From assembly GCA_020137815.1 (NCBI GenBank), contig CM035351.1, positions 2,294,001-2,358,000 on the forward strand: 64,000 bases of DNA. The letters run 5' to 3'. Made by a program: the position numbers and the translations under genes. Positions within the stretch are counted from its first letter, which is position 1; every line of letters starts with the position of its first letter. The notes under the pieces are model-generated. The model was not told the origin of the DNA, did no database searches, and saw only the letters and a program-made list of their open reading frames with translations. Positions 51,248-63,065 of this stretch are shown here, piece after piece. The stretch is from Hormiphora californensis (Eukaryota; Animalia; Ctenophora).

Positions 51248-52553
51248 GAGAGATAGAGGGAGAGAGAGGAAAGAGAGATAGGCAGAGAGTTAAAAAGATA
51301 CGGAAGCACTAAACACAGTTGGTTAGCAGTTTGCACACAGGCACTTATACACACTGGGGAGAGAGATAGGAAAACTGAGGTTATACACACTGCTGCAACC
51401 AGAGAAAATAGGAAGCTGTGTGATAGCAACCTCAAAATAAGGGGTTAATGTTTACCAAGCAAAGCAGAGATTAGGTTACAAAATGTGTTATCAAGCTGTG
51501 AGTGGGACGCCTTGTATTCAGTACCAGAGCGAGGAGAGAACTTTAGTTTAAATTGGTAGGAGCTAAGCATGAGGTTCGATGAAGTAAAAACGCAAGCCAT
51601 TAGTCACCCGCTCACATCACAAATGTTGTGGTTCTAGTCTCCGGAATTGTGTTTGTCTTGACTTTGCTAACATCATGATCACGTTCGCACAACTTTTGAT
51701 GGTAGGAGGGGGTAGGAGCTAAGGTGTCAGTCCAAGTGAAAGGCCAATTTATATTTAGGCGAGCTAAACATGTGGCATGCGATAACTCGAATAAATATTG
51801 GTTGGTTTGAATCTTATCAAGAACTGATACAATTCTTGGGAGATATTATTCGCCATGGATCAGCGTCCCGCACCTTTAGGGGTAGGATTTTACTTGAACG
51901 ATAACTGAAGGGCGAAGACAAGTTATCTTTATATAGTACACTACGAAACTCAAAAACCGAATTTTTATTGTCAGTCACATTGCAATTGAACTATTTAGTG
52001 TTAACTAGCATTAGCTGGAAGCTTCACAAACACAACTTGCTAAATTACAATTAAAAGTACCCCCCAAAAAGTCCGAAATCGAACCAGAAACCACGTTTTT
52101 TTTCAAAATTTAGGACATGGACCAGCTTAGCCCCTGTCAGGCATTGTTAATTCTTAGTAGGTCCATTCACAGTAGATTTCAGGGCATGCTAAAGTAACAC
52201 GGAAGGAAAGTCGAAAGAGGGAAAATAAAAGGAACACGTGTGCGGGTGTACCATAGGTATATTGTGTTAGGACACGGAGAAAAGAGGTAGAGACACAATA
52301 AAGAATGGCTGCATAATTCACGAAAGAGGGAAAAGGAAAAAAACGAAAAAAAAGAGCTCAGAAACAGGAAGAGAAAAAAACTTGATTTACAGAACTTGAG
52401 CGCGCGGCGCTGATGAACCACGCGTTTTTAACGACTTTTATTTGTAACGCGCCAATTTATTTTAAGAAGCGCTGCATTTCAGAAGTTTCAAAAAAAGTTT
52501 CGAAATTTAAGAATTTTTTTTAAATTTCTGAAAAAATTTTCGAACATGAATCC

Positions 52554-52708
52554 TAAAGTCGGATTTTTTGAAGTTGTCACCCCCCTTTTCGTGCGCGGAA
52601 TGTTTTTGCGCGTCACATCACATGTTAACGTGTGGCGTGCGCGTCAAAATTGATAAATTTCACATGCGCGGTCATTTTGGGGTGACAACTTCAAAAAATC
52701 CGACTTTA
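52554..52708. repeat. Short MITE-like inverted repeat (30-bp arms) between the divergent G3BP and MANSC genes
   Basis: TAAAGTCGGATTTTTTGAAGTTGTCACCCC ... GGGGTGACAACTTCAAAAAATCCGACTTTA. Confidence 0.8.
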
Positions 52709-53924
52709 CGTAAAAGGAAAACGTTAAAATCTGGGTGCCTTTCATTGCTAACAATTCGTAGTTTTTGCGCGCGCGACGGGTTAGGGCTATCCGTTAGGGT
52801 CTGGTTAGGGTTTGGTTTGGGGTTATCGGTTAGGGCTATCGATTCTCTAACAGATACCGTTTAGTTTACTCAAATTGGCCATGTGGTTGCGTGGCTATAG
52901 CCGTTTGAAAAAAGTCGGTCTAAGTGTACTCTTTTGGTAGCGCGCACCTGTAAACAGGCTGCAAGGCACCCAGATTATAATCGCGCCCTACGTAAAACCC
53001 TTGTCTACTGTCTTGCTACACTTCAGGACTCCCCGTGTTATGTGGGATTTCAGTTCCAACTACCAGTAACCCCACGGGCCACGACCCACTTGTCATCGCG
53101 TGGCCCCGGCCCGTCGAGCCTCGGGCCTCCTGCCTCGACCAGGGTCCGGGAACACAGCTAGGACAATGGACATAAAGGAAGCTGGTGCCGGATCGTTGAC
53201 ACTGCCTACTAATGGTGGAGGATAATATTAGACCTGCCTCGACCCTGCTATATAATAGCATTTTGATCTAACCCCTCGTGTGCTCCACAATAAACTATTC
53301 GTGATGCTGAACTCTATTATTACCTATTAACCGTGTGTGTCTCATCTGATATTATGTCTGTTGTTATTATTTTGATGTTCACTTGTACCTGTTTGTTTAT
53401 TTATTTATTTGACTGTTCTTTTGTTTGTTTGTTTGTATGTATGCTTGTTTGTTAACTTTCTTGTTTGCCTGTCTGTTTAGTGTTAACTTATTTGTTTGTT
53501 TGTTTGCTTATTTATTTGTTTGGTTGTTTGTTTGTTCGTTTTGTTTGTCTGCGGGCTGTGTTGGTTTGTTTGTGCACTTTTTCAAAAGCCGTTGTATCTC
53601 AGTTATTTAATTGTGCAGTTTATGCTGATGTTATCTGCCTCATTGTATCGTGAACTAGCTTAACCCGCTTTAGGTAACCGCTGGTGCTTTCACATCAGCC
53701 TTGTAGCTTATTTTTTATATCTATTTATATTAAATATGTTTGGTGTAAGAGCGGGACAAGGTTTTAATATTTTTATATTGACTTTGTGATAAATAGTGAT
53801 TAAACTTAAACTTAAACTTAAACAGTGTCGTTGGGGGTAGGGGGTCAAATTTGACCCTCTTAAATTTATTGTCGCATTGTAATTTGTACTGATTATCGTT
53901 GCTAAATATATTAACATCTCGTAG

Positions 53925-54706
53925 ATGCAATGGTGGTTGTTGATGATGTGCCTGTTGTTGGTGCAGGTGAACGCGTGTAAAGATGAAATGGTATCCTACG
54001 CCAACAAGAGCATAACATCACTCAACCTAACAAGTCTTGAGGTCAGCAGAGCCAGTGTAAGCTCTGAAACGGACTGTAGTGATGCATGCTGTCTGCTGGA
54101 TAGCTGTCAGATGGCCCTCTTTTCACCGGCCATAGAGGAAACTGACAATTGTGTGTTTTACGAGTGTGGGTCCCGTTGTACTGAGGTCGACAATAATGGA
54201 ACTGTTCTTATTGTGAAGAAACATAAACAAGGTCAGTATTGTTTAGACTCTCCCCACATCTTTACCAAGTAAAGTTTCACCATATCCATGCCCCTTGTTA
54301 TGGTTTTTGTCATTAGTATAGTCCAGTAGATGAGTTGTCTAACCACTATTACTACCTGTTTCTTCAGAAAAAGTAAAATTCAAATTGGAAAGTTCTACGA
54401 AGAAGATAGTTGATCTTCGCCCGGAGAGTAACACGTTAGTTTAGCACTTAATTTTGTTACATATGTATTTACTAATAAATTGCATTGCTCGAGCAATAAA
54501 CTAACACCTGGCTGTGATTAGTAAATCATTAATAATACTCTATTCGCAGAGCTATCAACGTATCGACCGGCACTGCCATCACACTCCTAGTTGTTGGAGT
54601 CGGGGCATTTCTCTCCATCGTTGGATTATTTATTGCTCGATGTTTCGATACCCCACGGAAACAATACAGCCGAATTGACTTTTTGATGAATGATTTTGAT
54701 GATTAA
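53925..54706 (+). CDS. MANSC-domain single-pass membrane protein (MANSC1-like). Exons 53925-54231, 54368-54434, 54550-54706
   Basis: Signal peptide, MANSC Cys pattern (CSDACC...C...NCVFYEC..RC), a TM helix and the tail RKQYSRIDFLMN resembling MANSC1/C11orf24 YSRLDYLIN. Confidence 0.8.
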
Positions 54707-54909
54707 AAAACTGCCAGAATTTATTTAAATATTTAAATCTTGTTGACATGTGTGTGTGTAATTCTTGAGAACTATATGTTTATTATTTTAAGTTGTTGAA
54801 TGCGTTGATCGCTTAAAGTTATTTATTGAAGCATTTGTTTTCTTCTTGCCCCAGACTGTATAATACCCTTTCTAACTACTCCTCCATCCCCTTGGTTAGA
54901 ACTCTCCTG

Positions 54910-56151
54910 ATGCCCCTGTGCTTCAAATGCACACAAAGGAAAGCTTGTGTTGACGCAAAGATTCTGGCCCGAGGAGGCGGGGTTCGGTGGGACGACCCTG
55001 AGACGATTCAATTTGAAAAGTATCTCTATAAGATGAACCCGCTTTGTGCACCCTGTACTGCGATAGTAGCAGCCGATGGGTCACCCTCTTTCTCTCCTAC
55101 CAAAGCTAAGAATCCTGTCACCAAAAAGGGACGAAGGGGGAGTCGAGCTGGTGTAATTTTGATGTTCATTGCCGGTATTGTAGCTGTAGGATTGGTTGTT
55201 TTTATACCTGACATTGGTCCACAAATTCAGACATTTTATAAGGACAATTTAGAGGGGGTAATAAACAGTGATAGCATGGCCAGATTCTACAATTATTCAA
55301 TGCAATACTACGTTGTAGCTACAACACACATTTCCAACACCGCCCTCTCCTCTCCCCTCCTTGACCACTTCTTTACCTCCCTCCTAACCAACACCGACTG
55401 TCAGCTCCACACTGGTGTGATCCTCCTTCACCTACTATTTCTCCTGATCCGCTACCACCACCTCCTAGCAATGATCCTAACCGCCCTCTCTACCTCCCTT
55501 CTTCTCTGGGTCGATATCCCGGGACAGGAGTTTTACCTCTCTGTCACACGATACACCCTCCTCTCTATCTCCCTACTCCTCCTTCTCACCAAGAAAACAA
55601 CTGTGGTTAGGGAGTGTAAACAGAGTAATGGACGGGGCCGTGCAGTGGTGAAGGTTCACAGATCCCCCAAGAAACACAATAGTTTGTCTGGGACTCTCTT
55701 CAGTGAAGATGAAGAACCACCAACACCCCTGGCTGGCAGGATTACACCCATGAAGGATGTTAGACAGCGGTTAGATGTCCTCAAGATATCATCCTCACCC
55801 AAAAAGCAGCCCAAGGTGTCGCTGAATTTGTCAATGAGCAGCCCGCTGTCACCGGCCCACCACAGGAGGGCCTGTATCCGACCTGCCAGTTTTTCACCGG
55901 ATCGATCACGGAATGATTTATCACGTAGCTTGATAGAGGAGGAAGAGGAGGAGGATGAAGTGAGGTCTCTTCAGAGAAGGAGCAGGTTTGATTCGGTTGA
56001 CGATTCGTTTGAAGAGAAGTCACCTCCTCAAAAAGCGGACCCTCCTGCCCCGGAGCAAAAACTTCCCGTGACACCCATACTTGTTGCCCTTGTAGCGTCC
56101 GTCGTCCTGAACTATTACTTTGTTGTAACATATGTAGCCATGGGACAGTAG
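54910..56151 (+). CDS. Ima1/TMEM201 (Samp1)-like inner nuclear membrane protein, intronless, 413 aa
   Basis: LCFKC...FEKYLYKMNPLCAPC resembles the second half of the Ima1 N-terminal Cys region. Several TM helices, an SP-rich loop (IRPASF) and a C-terminal TM follow. Confidence 0.6.
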   Translation: MPLCFKCTQRKACVDAKILARGGGVRWDDPETIQFEKYLYKMNPLCAPCTAIVAADGSPSFSPTKAKNPVTKKGRRGSRAGVILMFIAGIVAVGLVVFIPDIGPQIQTFYKDNLEGVINSDSMARFYNYSMQYYVVATTHISNTALSSPLLDHFFTSLLTNTDCQLHTGVILLHLLFLLIRYHHLLAMILTALSTSLLLWVDIPGQEFYLSVTRYTLLSISLLLLLTKKTTVVRECKQSNGRGRAVVKVHRSPKKHNSLSGTLFSEDEEPPTPLAGRITPMKDVRQRLDVLKISSSPKKQPKVSLNLSMSSPLSPAHHRRACIRPASFSPDRSRNDLSRSLIEEEEEEDEVRSLQRRSRFDSVDDSFEEKSPPQKADPPAPEQKLPVTPILVALVASVVLNYYFVVTYVAMGQ

Positions 56152-56731
56152 AAAGTTCAGACAAATTCATTATTTCTTTTTGACTCTGGGCTATTAAAAT
56201 GGGAAAGAAAATGATAAATTTTCAATTTTTTAATGGGCCGACCTTTTTTATCGCTCACCGTACGCACGGGTTCCGAACAGCACTTTTTTATTTTCTGTAT
56301 AACTTTATTCCTTTCCAATCACCCCGAAGCCTCATGTGTTTTATTTATTCCAGAGTGTTGACAGTAATGAATGGGTGGAACTAGCCCTAAACACATGTGG
56401 GCTCACACTCTTTCCGACACTTACCAAACATTCCTCCTTCAGGGTTTGTTTTTTTCCCTCAGATTTGAGTCACCTCGGACCTGTTGACACTGAGCTGTGA
56501 AAGCACTCTACTACGGTTAACCTCTTTCTATCTTTCTCTCTTTATTTTTCAATCTCTCTTCTCGGATCAATACTTATACACTTGTTACACTGCTTCCAAA
56601 AGTTGTGAGTGTTTTCAACACCTAGCACTCACATATATATATCCTCACTTCGACTCTCTCTCCAGCTATCTCTATCTCCCTCTCTCTCTCTCAATCCCTC
56701 CCTCTCGCTGTGTGTGTTGTTCTGTGCGGGT

Positions 56732-58487
56732 ATGAGTTGCCCTACCTATGATTACCTCCTTCTCAGTTCCTTTGAATTCACCTGTGATGGAAAGAAGACC
56801 CAGGAACCGCAGGAAATTATCGAGTTTTGTGTCATGAAATACTGCACTAAAACATGCACTGTCACAGACAAGTAGGTTGAACTCAGCTAATACTACCACG
56901 CGAGGTGCCCCTTTTTATACGTACTGATCTAACATCCAGTGCTTTTGAACGGTCCCATTTCTGCACTGAGATCTCTTCCGCCACAAATCTCCTTATATCG
57001 CTTTGCATAGTCTGAATCGAATCACTAACAAACCAACAAACTCCCCTTCTCCTACTCAGGTTCTATACATTAGTGAAGCCTCTCCACCCTGTCAACGAAT
57101 TCCTCAGTTCCTTTTGTAAGATGTTGACCTGTATAACTGATAGACGGCTAGTATCTGCCCCCGTCCTTCCTGATGTCCTCCATGACTTTGATAGGTGGAT
57201 GTGGGCACAGGGTCTTCATCAGAAACGGTAGGATGATGATATATGTTAGGTTACAAAATCATCCCAAAACAGTCTTATTTCGTAATCAAGAATGTCGTGA
57301 CCGAATCCCTACCAATTACCATATAATATGAAACTTTTATTTCTTGTGCGCTAATTTTTTGATTTTGACAGATTTCTTTCTTCGGGCAGGTTTATTTTTG
57401 TGCCCTTTACTCATTTTGAGTTGCAGCACCTGCTTCTCGAGCAGTGTCGTGTTATGGGCTACCACTGCCCTGCTTACTTCTTTACATGGCTTCATCTCCA
57501 GGATATTTCTACTGCCTTCCACGCTAAACAGGTGGGTGTTTCAGAGTTGACTTCAGACTACTTCAGTTGACAGCGTTCCATTTTGTTGTCTTCAAAAAAG
57601 GGGTTTTGAATCTTGCTCATTTTACCTACCAAACTACTTATCCAAGTTTCAAGGTTCAACCATATCAATATGCATATTTTTGTTGTACAAGTTCCCATAC
57701 CCCAGGTGTCAAAGCGGCCGGCGGTAAAGCAGATAAGGAGACAGAACTCCCAAACGATTCTCAATGCTTTTGGTATCAAGCAAGTGGGCCGCCCTCACTC
57801 TGCGGTATGTGTATAACGATGGGAGGGGTATGCTTAGAGCGGGTATATGCAGTTGTTGGGTTGGTAGTAGACGCCCAATTACGATGTGAGAATATCATAT
57901 GCAGTTCTGTGTGTGTGTTCGCGGGGTATAAATATGTTCGGTGAAGTGTCTGTATCTGACCAACCTGTTATACTCCAAGCTACTATTCTACTTATTCCAG
58001 ACTCTGCCAAACTTGAAACTACTAATTTTAACCTTCATCTCTCTCCCAGGAAGATAACTGTCTGAACACTGCGAGTCTGGTAACCAGTATGTTGGAGAAA
58101 GGAGTGGTATTGGGGGACCGAGAGTGGAGGACCCACCTGCCCAGATCTGTATCCCTCTCAGAGGACCTAGAGGAACAGGCCCAGTTGGATCCAGTGGATC
58201 TAACCGAGAGGGAGTTGAGAGAGGAGGAGGCTGCTCTATTATTTGGTAGGATCGGGAGGGACACTCCCAACAGTCGGTCTACCACCCCTGGAGGGAGGAT
58301 GACACCTCTTAGTAGAGGTCCAACACCCTCTGGTGGTAGGGTGACACCAGGAGGCAGGGTGACACCGGGTGGCAGGGTGACACCAGGTGGTAGGGTGACA
58401 CCATCCACTACTAGTAGTAGGAGGGTGTCAGCTCCAGTCAATGCTAGGAGCGTGTTCGATATGTGGAAAAAACAGGCCGCTGCCTAA
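56732..58487 (+). CDS. ERI1/2/3-family DEDDh exonuclease-like protein with substituted catalytic residues. Exons 56732-56871, 57060-57227, 57390-57531, 57706-57804, 58050-58487
   Basis: YDYLLLSSFEFTC, EPQEIIEF, FYTLVKP, LSSFCKMLTCIT, PAYFFTWLHL and GRPHSAEDNCLNTA follow the ERI family layout. Splice phases are consistent. Confidence 0.82.
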
Positions 58488-58776
58488 AGGAAAGAAAGAG
58501 AAAGGGAGAGAAATATTGAGGCAGTGAACTTTAGTGCTGTGAATCAAGATGTAGAAAGAAATAGAAAATGTTGAATTGAAGGGATGATCGTAGACACTTG
58601 CCATTCAAACTGTTTAGAGACTCTATATGGAGAGAAAATTTTACGAGCTTTTACTGTGTGTATTATTTGTGTTTGAAAAATAGTTTTAGCTTTATTCTGT
58701 TTTGGCAGTTATATTGTCCTCAGTGTCTCTTCGTTAAAGCAATCTCACAACAATAATTATACTCCTCTGATCACTC

Positions 58777-59081
58777 CACGCCTGGTAGCTAACCACATCA
58801 CGCCTGGTAGCTAACCACATCACGCCTGGTTTCTAACCACATCACGCCTGGTTTCTAACCACAACACACTTCTAACCACATCACGTTTCTAACTATATCA
58901 CGCCAGGTTTCTAACCACATCATTCCTGGTTTCTAACCACATCATTCCTGGTTTCTAACCACATCACGCCTGGTTTCTAACTACATCTAATATCCTGGTT
59001 AATGGTTTCTAACCATATCACATCGCATTTCTAACCACATCACGTCTGGTTGCTAACCACATCACGTTTCTAACCACATCA
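58777..59081. repeat. Degenerate 22-bp minisatellite (CACGCCTGGTTTCTAACCACAT) just upstream of NDUFS4
   Basis: Directly visible, about 13 copies. Confidence 0.9.
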
Positions 59082-59098
59082 CTGCTTTCTAGCTCGAG

Positions 59099-60000
59099 AT
59101 GTTAAGTCGAGTGGTGTTGGCTGCTCGGTGTTCAGTGCCTGTCCGGCTCATCAATACAACTACAGATGTAACCCACCTTGGGAACAGTGAGAAGATGCAA
59201 ACTGAGATATCAACTGTACCTAACAATCAGGCAGTAAGTAGATGTTAGTGGTGCTACGTGTTCTCTGGCTTCACCACCCAATATGGTCGGTATCTGCTCT
59301 GCGAGGGACATGTTTTTCATAGTGTTTTTTGCGAATCCAACATTCCACTACTCTCCGTCCTACCTCACTTCTTTACTCTCCCCTCCCCTCTAGAACAACA
59401 ACCTGACCCGAACTGTCGGCTTTCCAGAAGAGGAACAGGCCCGAGTTGTCCAGATATTCAGGGCTGCCAAGAATGTGATGCAGAGTGGGAGTCATGGTTC
59501 CAACAAGTGGAGGCTGAGGTGGGATACCCAGGAGAGGTATGAGAACCCTCTCATGGGATGGGCCTCCACCGGGGACCCCCTGTCTAATTTGCAGCTGGAG
59601 TTTAGTTCTGCACAGGCTGCCATTAACTACTGTGCTAAATACGGTGAGAGCTTTTACTGGAGTTTTTTTAACGGAATTCGTCAAGTTCACCATATAAACG
59701 AAAATGCCTATTATCTATACGGGCTATCTAAACTATCCGGGATTATACATACCCCCTTACCCCTATACCTACCCCTATATATACCCTATATATACCCCTA
59801 TATACCCCTATATATACCTACCAAGTTCTTTCTTCAATTCTGATAGGAAAGTTAGAAACACACTCGTGATATGAATTAACACTCCGTGTTCCCCAGGTTT
59901 CGAGTACGAGGTGGTAGAGCCTAAACCAGTGTCCAAGAAGAAGAAGTCGTACGCCCAAAACTTTGCCTGGAGTTCTCACACACGAATTGTCACCAAATGA
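59099..60000 (+). CDS. NDUFS4: NADH:ubiquinone oxidoreductase subunit S4. Exons 59099-59233, 59394-59643, 59897-60000
   Basis: Presequence, IFRAAKNVMQSG, W..RWDTQERYENPLMGWASTGDPLSNL, KSYAQNFAWSSHTRIVTK*. Confidence 0.96.
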
Positions 60001-60537
60001 GAGGAAGAGAGAGAGAGAAAGAACTCAGTTGCAATATCGCCCTGCATATTGTGGGGGAAATAGTTATTGAAGCGAGAGAGAAGGAGTGAGAGAGAGAGAG
60101 AGTGAGAGAGAGAAAACCACACGGTAAAATAGTTACTGGATCTTGTAATTGTGTTTCTTGTAACAAAATCCCCAGATCCGTCTCAATCTCTCTTCGTTAC
60201 CCTCATTGTGCGAGTCTTGACCCCCCCCCCCTTACATACACACTTCTTATTGCACTTGAGCACCTCCATATTCCTTCTCCCCTCCCATTACTATTCAACT
60301 GCCCTATTTCGGAATAATTTATTCCTTTTGTGCTGTTTCCCCCGTTGAGAAGGGCGTAGTTTTTTATTTCCACATTCCACATTCCTCGTTCCTTTTCTTT
60401 TATTCCCACCATTCCCTACAACCCGCCACCTCTTAGCAGTAACCACCACCATCAGTAACCACCTCCCTCCCCTCTGCCTAGCCGCCACATCTTAGCAGTA
60501 ATTAACCACCTCCCTCCCCTCTGTCTAGCCGCTCATC

Positions 60538-61486
60538 ATGTCAGCTGGTTCGGTAATGAAGGGGGATAAGGGTAACATCGCTAAAAGATGTCAGGAGAGT
60601 CTAGGAGAATTCGCTGCTAAGTTGTATGCCCAGCTGTACAAAGAAAAGGGCAACATCTTCATCTCTCCCCTCAGTATTGCAGCCTGCCTCCAGATGGTGT
60701 ATCACGGTGCGGGGGGTCGGACTAAGGAGCAAGCAGCTGAAGCTATGGGAATCCTAGGGATAGAAGATGGAGATGTGTTGGAGTTTTACCGGGATTTGAT
60801 TGGAGAATTGAGGAAGGCTAACACAGACAATGTTACTCTAACGCTGGCTAACAAGGTTTGGATAAAGGAGGACTTCCCTGTTCTAGATTCTTATAGAAAC
60901 ACCTTGGTGGAAAGTTTTGATGCGGAGCTAGCACGAGATCCCTTTACTGATGCTAACGCCACTGCTAAAGATGTCAATTCCTGGGTGGACGGGAGGACTA
61001 AGGGTATGATAAAACAGCTGATAGATCCCGGTATGATTACCCCTCTAACTCGACTAATCCTCTGCAACGCAGTCTACTTCCTTGGTCTCTGGCAGATTCC
61101 ATTCTCCCGAACCAAGGATGAGGAATTCCATCTATCCGCTAAGGAAACAAGAAACGTTCCTATGATGAGTCTCGATGGCAACAAAAAGTTCCGATATGGT
61201 GAGACGGAGACAGCTCGATATGTCCTACTTCCATACAAGGGTGACAGGAGTTTGTCAATGATGGTAATCTTGCCCCAGATGCCGTTTAAACTTGGAGCAG
61301 TGGAGGATGAGATAGTAAAACCTGGAACCATCGCATCCTGGTACAACAATACATCCATGAGAGATGTCAATCTGAAACTGCCCAAGTTCAAGATGGAAGA
61401 ATCTTATGATTTGAAAAAGATTTTACAGCAAATGGGAGTTGGGGATATGTTTAGTAGTTCGGAGGCTGATTTCTCTTCAATTAATG
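60538..61486 (+). CDS. Intracellular (clade B-like) serpin, constant exon encoding the scaffold up to strand s5A (phase-1 donor)
   Basis: GNIFISPLSI, LANKVW, VNSWVDGRTKGMI, TRLILCNAVYFLGLW, VPMM, LLPYKG, LKLPKFKME, ADFSSING|gtaagt. No signal peptide. Confidence 0.95.
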
Positions 61487-61686
61487 GTAAGTACTGTTGT
61501 ATGTTGTGTTTTTGTTTTGCATGTCAATCAAACGGCTCATCTGCTGAAACTGCTTCCGCCCATAAAAATCTGCATGGCTGGCCGCTCCCTATCTCTCTGA
61601 GTTACCTCTCTCTATCTATCACTCTGAGCTATCCCTCTCTCGCTCTCTATCTATCTCTCTGAGCTACCTCTCCCTCTATCTCTCAG

Positions 61687-61949
61687 GTGGTCTTCCTATC
61701 TCCAAAATTCGCCACACATGTGCCTTCCGGACGGACATTCCAGTTGTAAAATTCCAGTCATTTCGGTCGGTGCAACTGCGGCCAGTCTCACAGCGTCGTA
61801 TCCTACCCTATAATAACAATTCAAGCAGCGACAGAAAGACAATAAATTATGACGTTATTGAGTTTACTGCAGATGAGCCGTTTGTGTGTTGTGTTCTTTT
61901 AAAGTCTCTACCCCTATTAGTGGGTCGCTGTAGACGGCCTACATTTTAA
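61687..61949 (+). CDS. Serpin alternative terminal exon A (long RCL with a non-inhibitory-type hinge)
   Basis: Pyrimidine tract plus CAG, phase-compatible. GGLPISKIRHTCAFRTD...IEFTADEPFVCCVLLKSLPLLVGRCRRPTF*. AATAAA at 62007. Confidence 0.75.
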
Positions 61950-62056
61950 ATATATATTTCTATCAGATCTCTGTAAATACTATTATAATATGTGGATATA
62001 AATGTAAATAAAAGACAGTTGGGTGATCGGATAACTGTTTATTAGCCTCATGTTTG

Positions 62057-62971
62057 ATATTCAGAGTTTTTGTTATTCTCTCTGTGGCTGGACAAATGAA
62101 TCAGACGGGTATAATGACGCTACCAGTTTCGAGGATCTACCTCTTCATCGGGCTACAAAAATAAATAGTGTTAATTATAAAATATATATAGTAAAAACTA
62201 AAATCACACACGTCAATCAAAATTATAAATCAGCACTTTAATAATAAACTAAACACTGTACAGAGGAGCAAGTCTCATATGATCAGTACAGAGTGAACTG
62301 AAGTTACCGTTACAATACAGCAGGTGAGATGAAGTGATAAACAAATAGGGCGTGCATGAGGTGATACACAAGGACTATCACAAATTAATACAAACTATTA
62401 CGCACACAAACACACGAACCCACTGGACAACAACAACAACAGCAACTAAATATTAAATTAAATATCTCGTAAGTTCGGAACATTCCTCTTTATTGTTCAT
62501 ACCAGGTCTCAGAAACTGAGACCTGGTATGAACAATAAAGAGGAATGTTCCGAACTTACGAGATATTTAATTTAATATTTAGTTGCTGTTGTTGTTGTTG
62601 TCCAGTGGGTTCGTGTGTTTGTGTGCGTAATAGTTTGTATTAATTTGTGATAGTCCTTGTGTATCACCTCATGCACGCCCTATTTGTTTATCACTTCATC
62701 TCACCTGCTGTATTGTAACGGTAACTTCAGTTCACTCTGTACTGATCATATGAGACTTGCTCCTCTGTACAGTGTTTAGTTTATTATTAAAGTGCTGATT
62801 TATAATTTTGATTGACGTGTGTGATTTTAGTTTTTACTATATATATTTTATAATTAACACTATTTATTTTTGTAGCCCGATGAAGAGGTAGATCCTCGAA
62901 ACTGGTAGCGTCATTATACCCGTCTGATTCATTTGTCCAGCCACAGAGAGAATAACAAAAACTCTGAATAT
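62057..62971. repeat. Long inverted repeat with 456-bp arms and a 3-nt loop (AAA, 62513-62515)
   Basis: 62057-62512 is the reverse complement of 62516-62971. No mismatches were seen by eye. Confidence 0.95.
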
Positions 62972-63065
62972 TAAATGTAAATAACTTTTATTCTGTTACT
63001 TTAAACTCTGTGTCGCTGTCCTATATCACTCTGCATGTATGTGATCCCCCTCTCTCTCTCTGCAG

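Noticed and set aside
52777-52840. TTAGGG-like motifs (also CCCTAAC at ~23160) as interstitial telomere
   Set aside because: There are only a few degenerate, non-tandem copies, typical of small repeat families.
61487-61662. Serpin ORF read-through tail (KYCCMLCFCF...)
   Set aside because: It follows a canonical GTAAGT donor and lacks the RCL and terminal strands, so it is intronic sequence.
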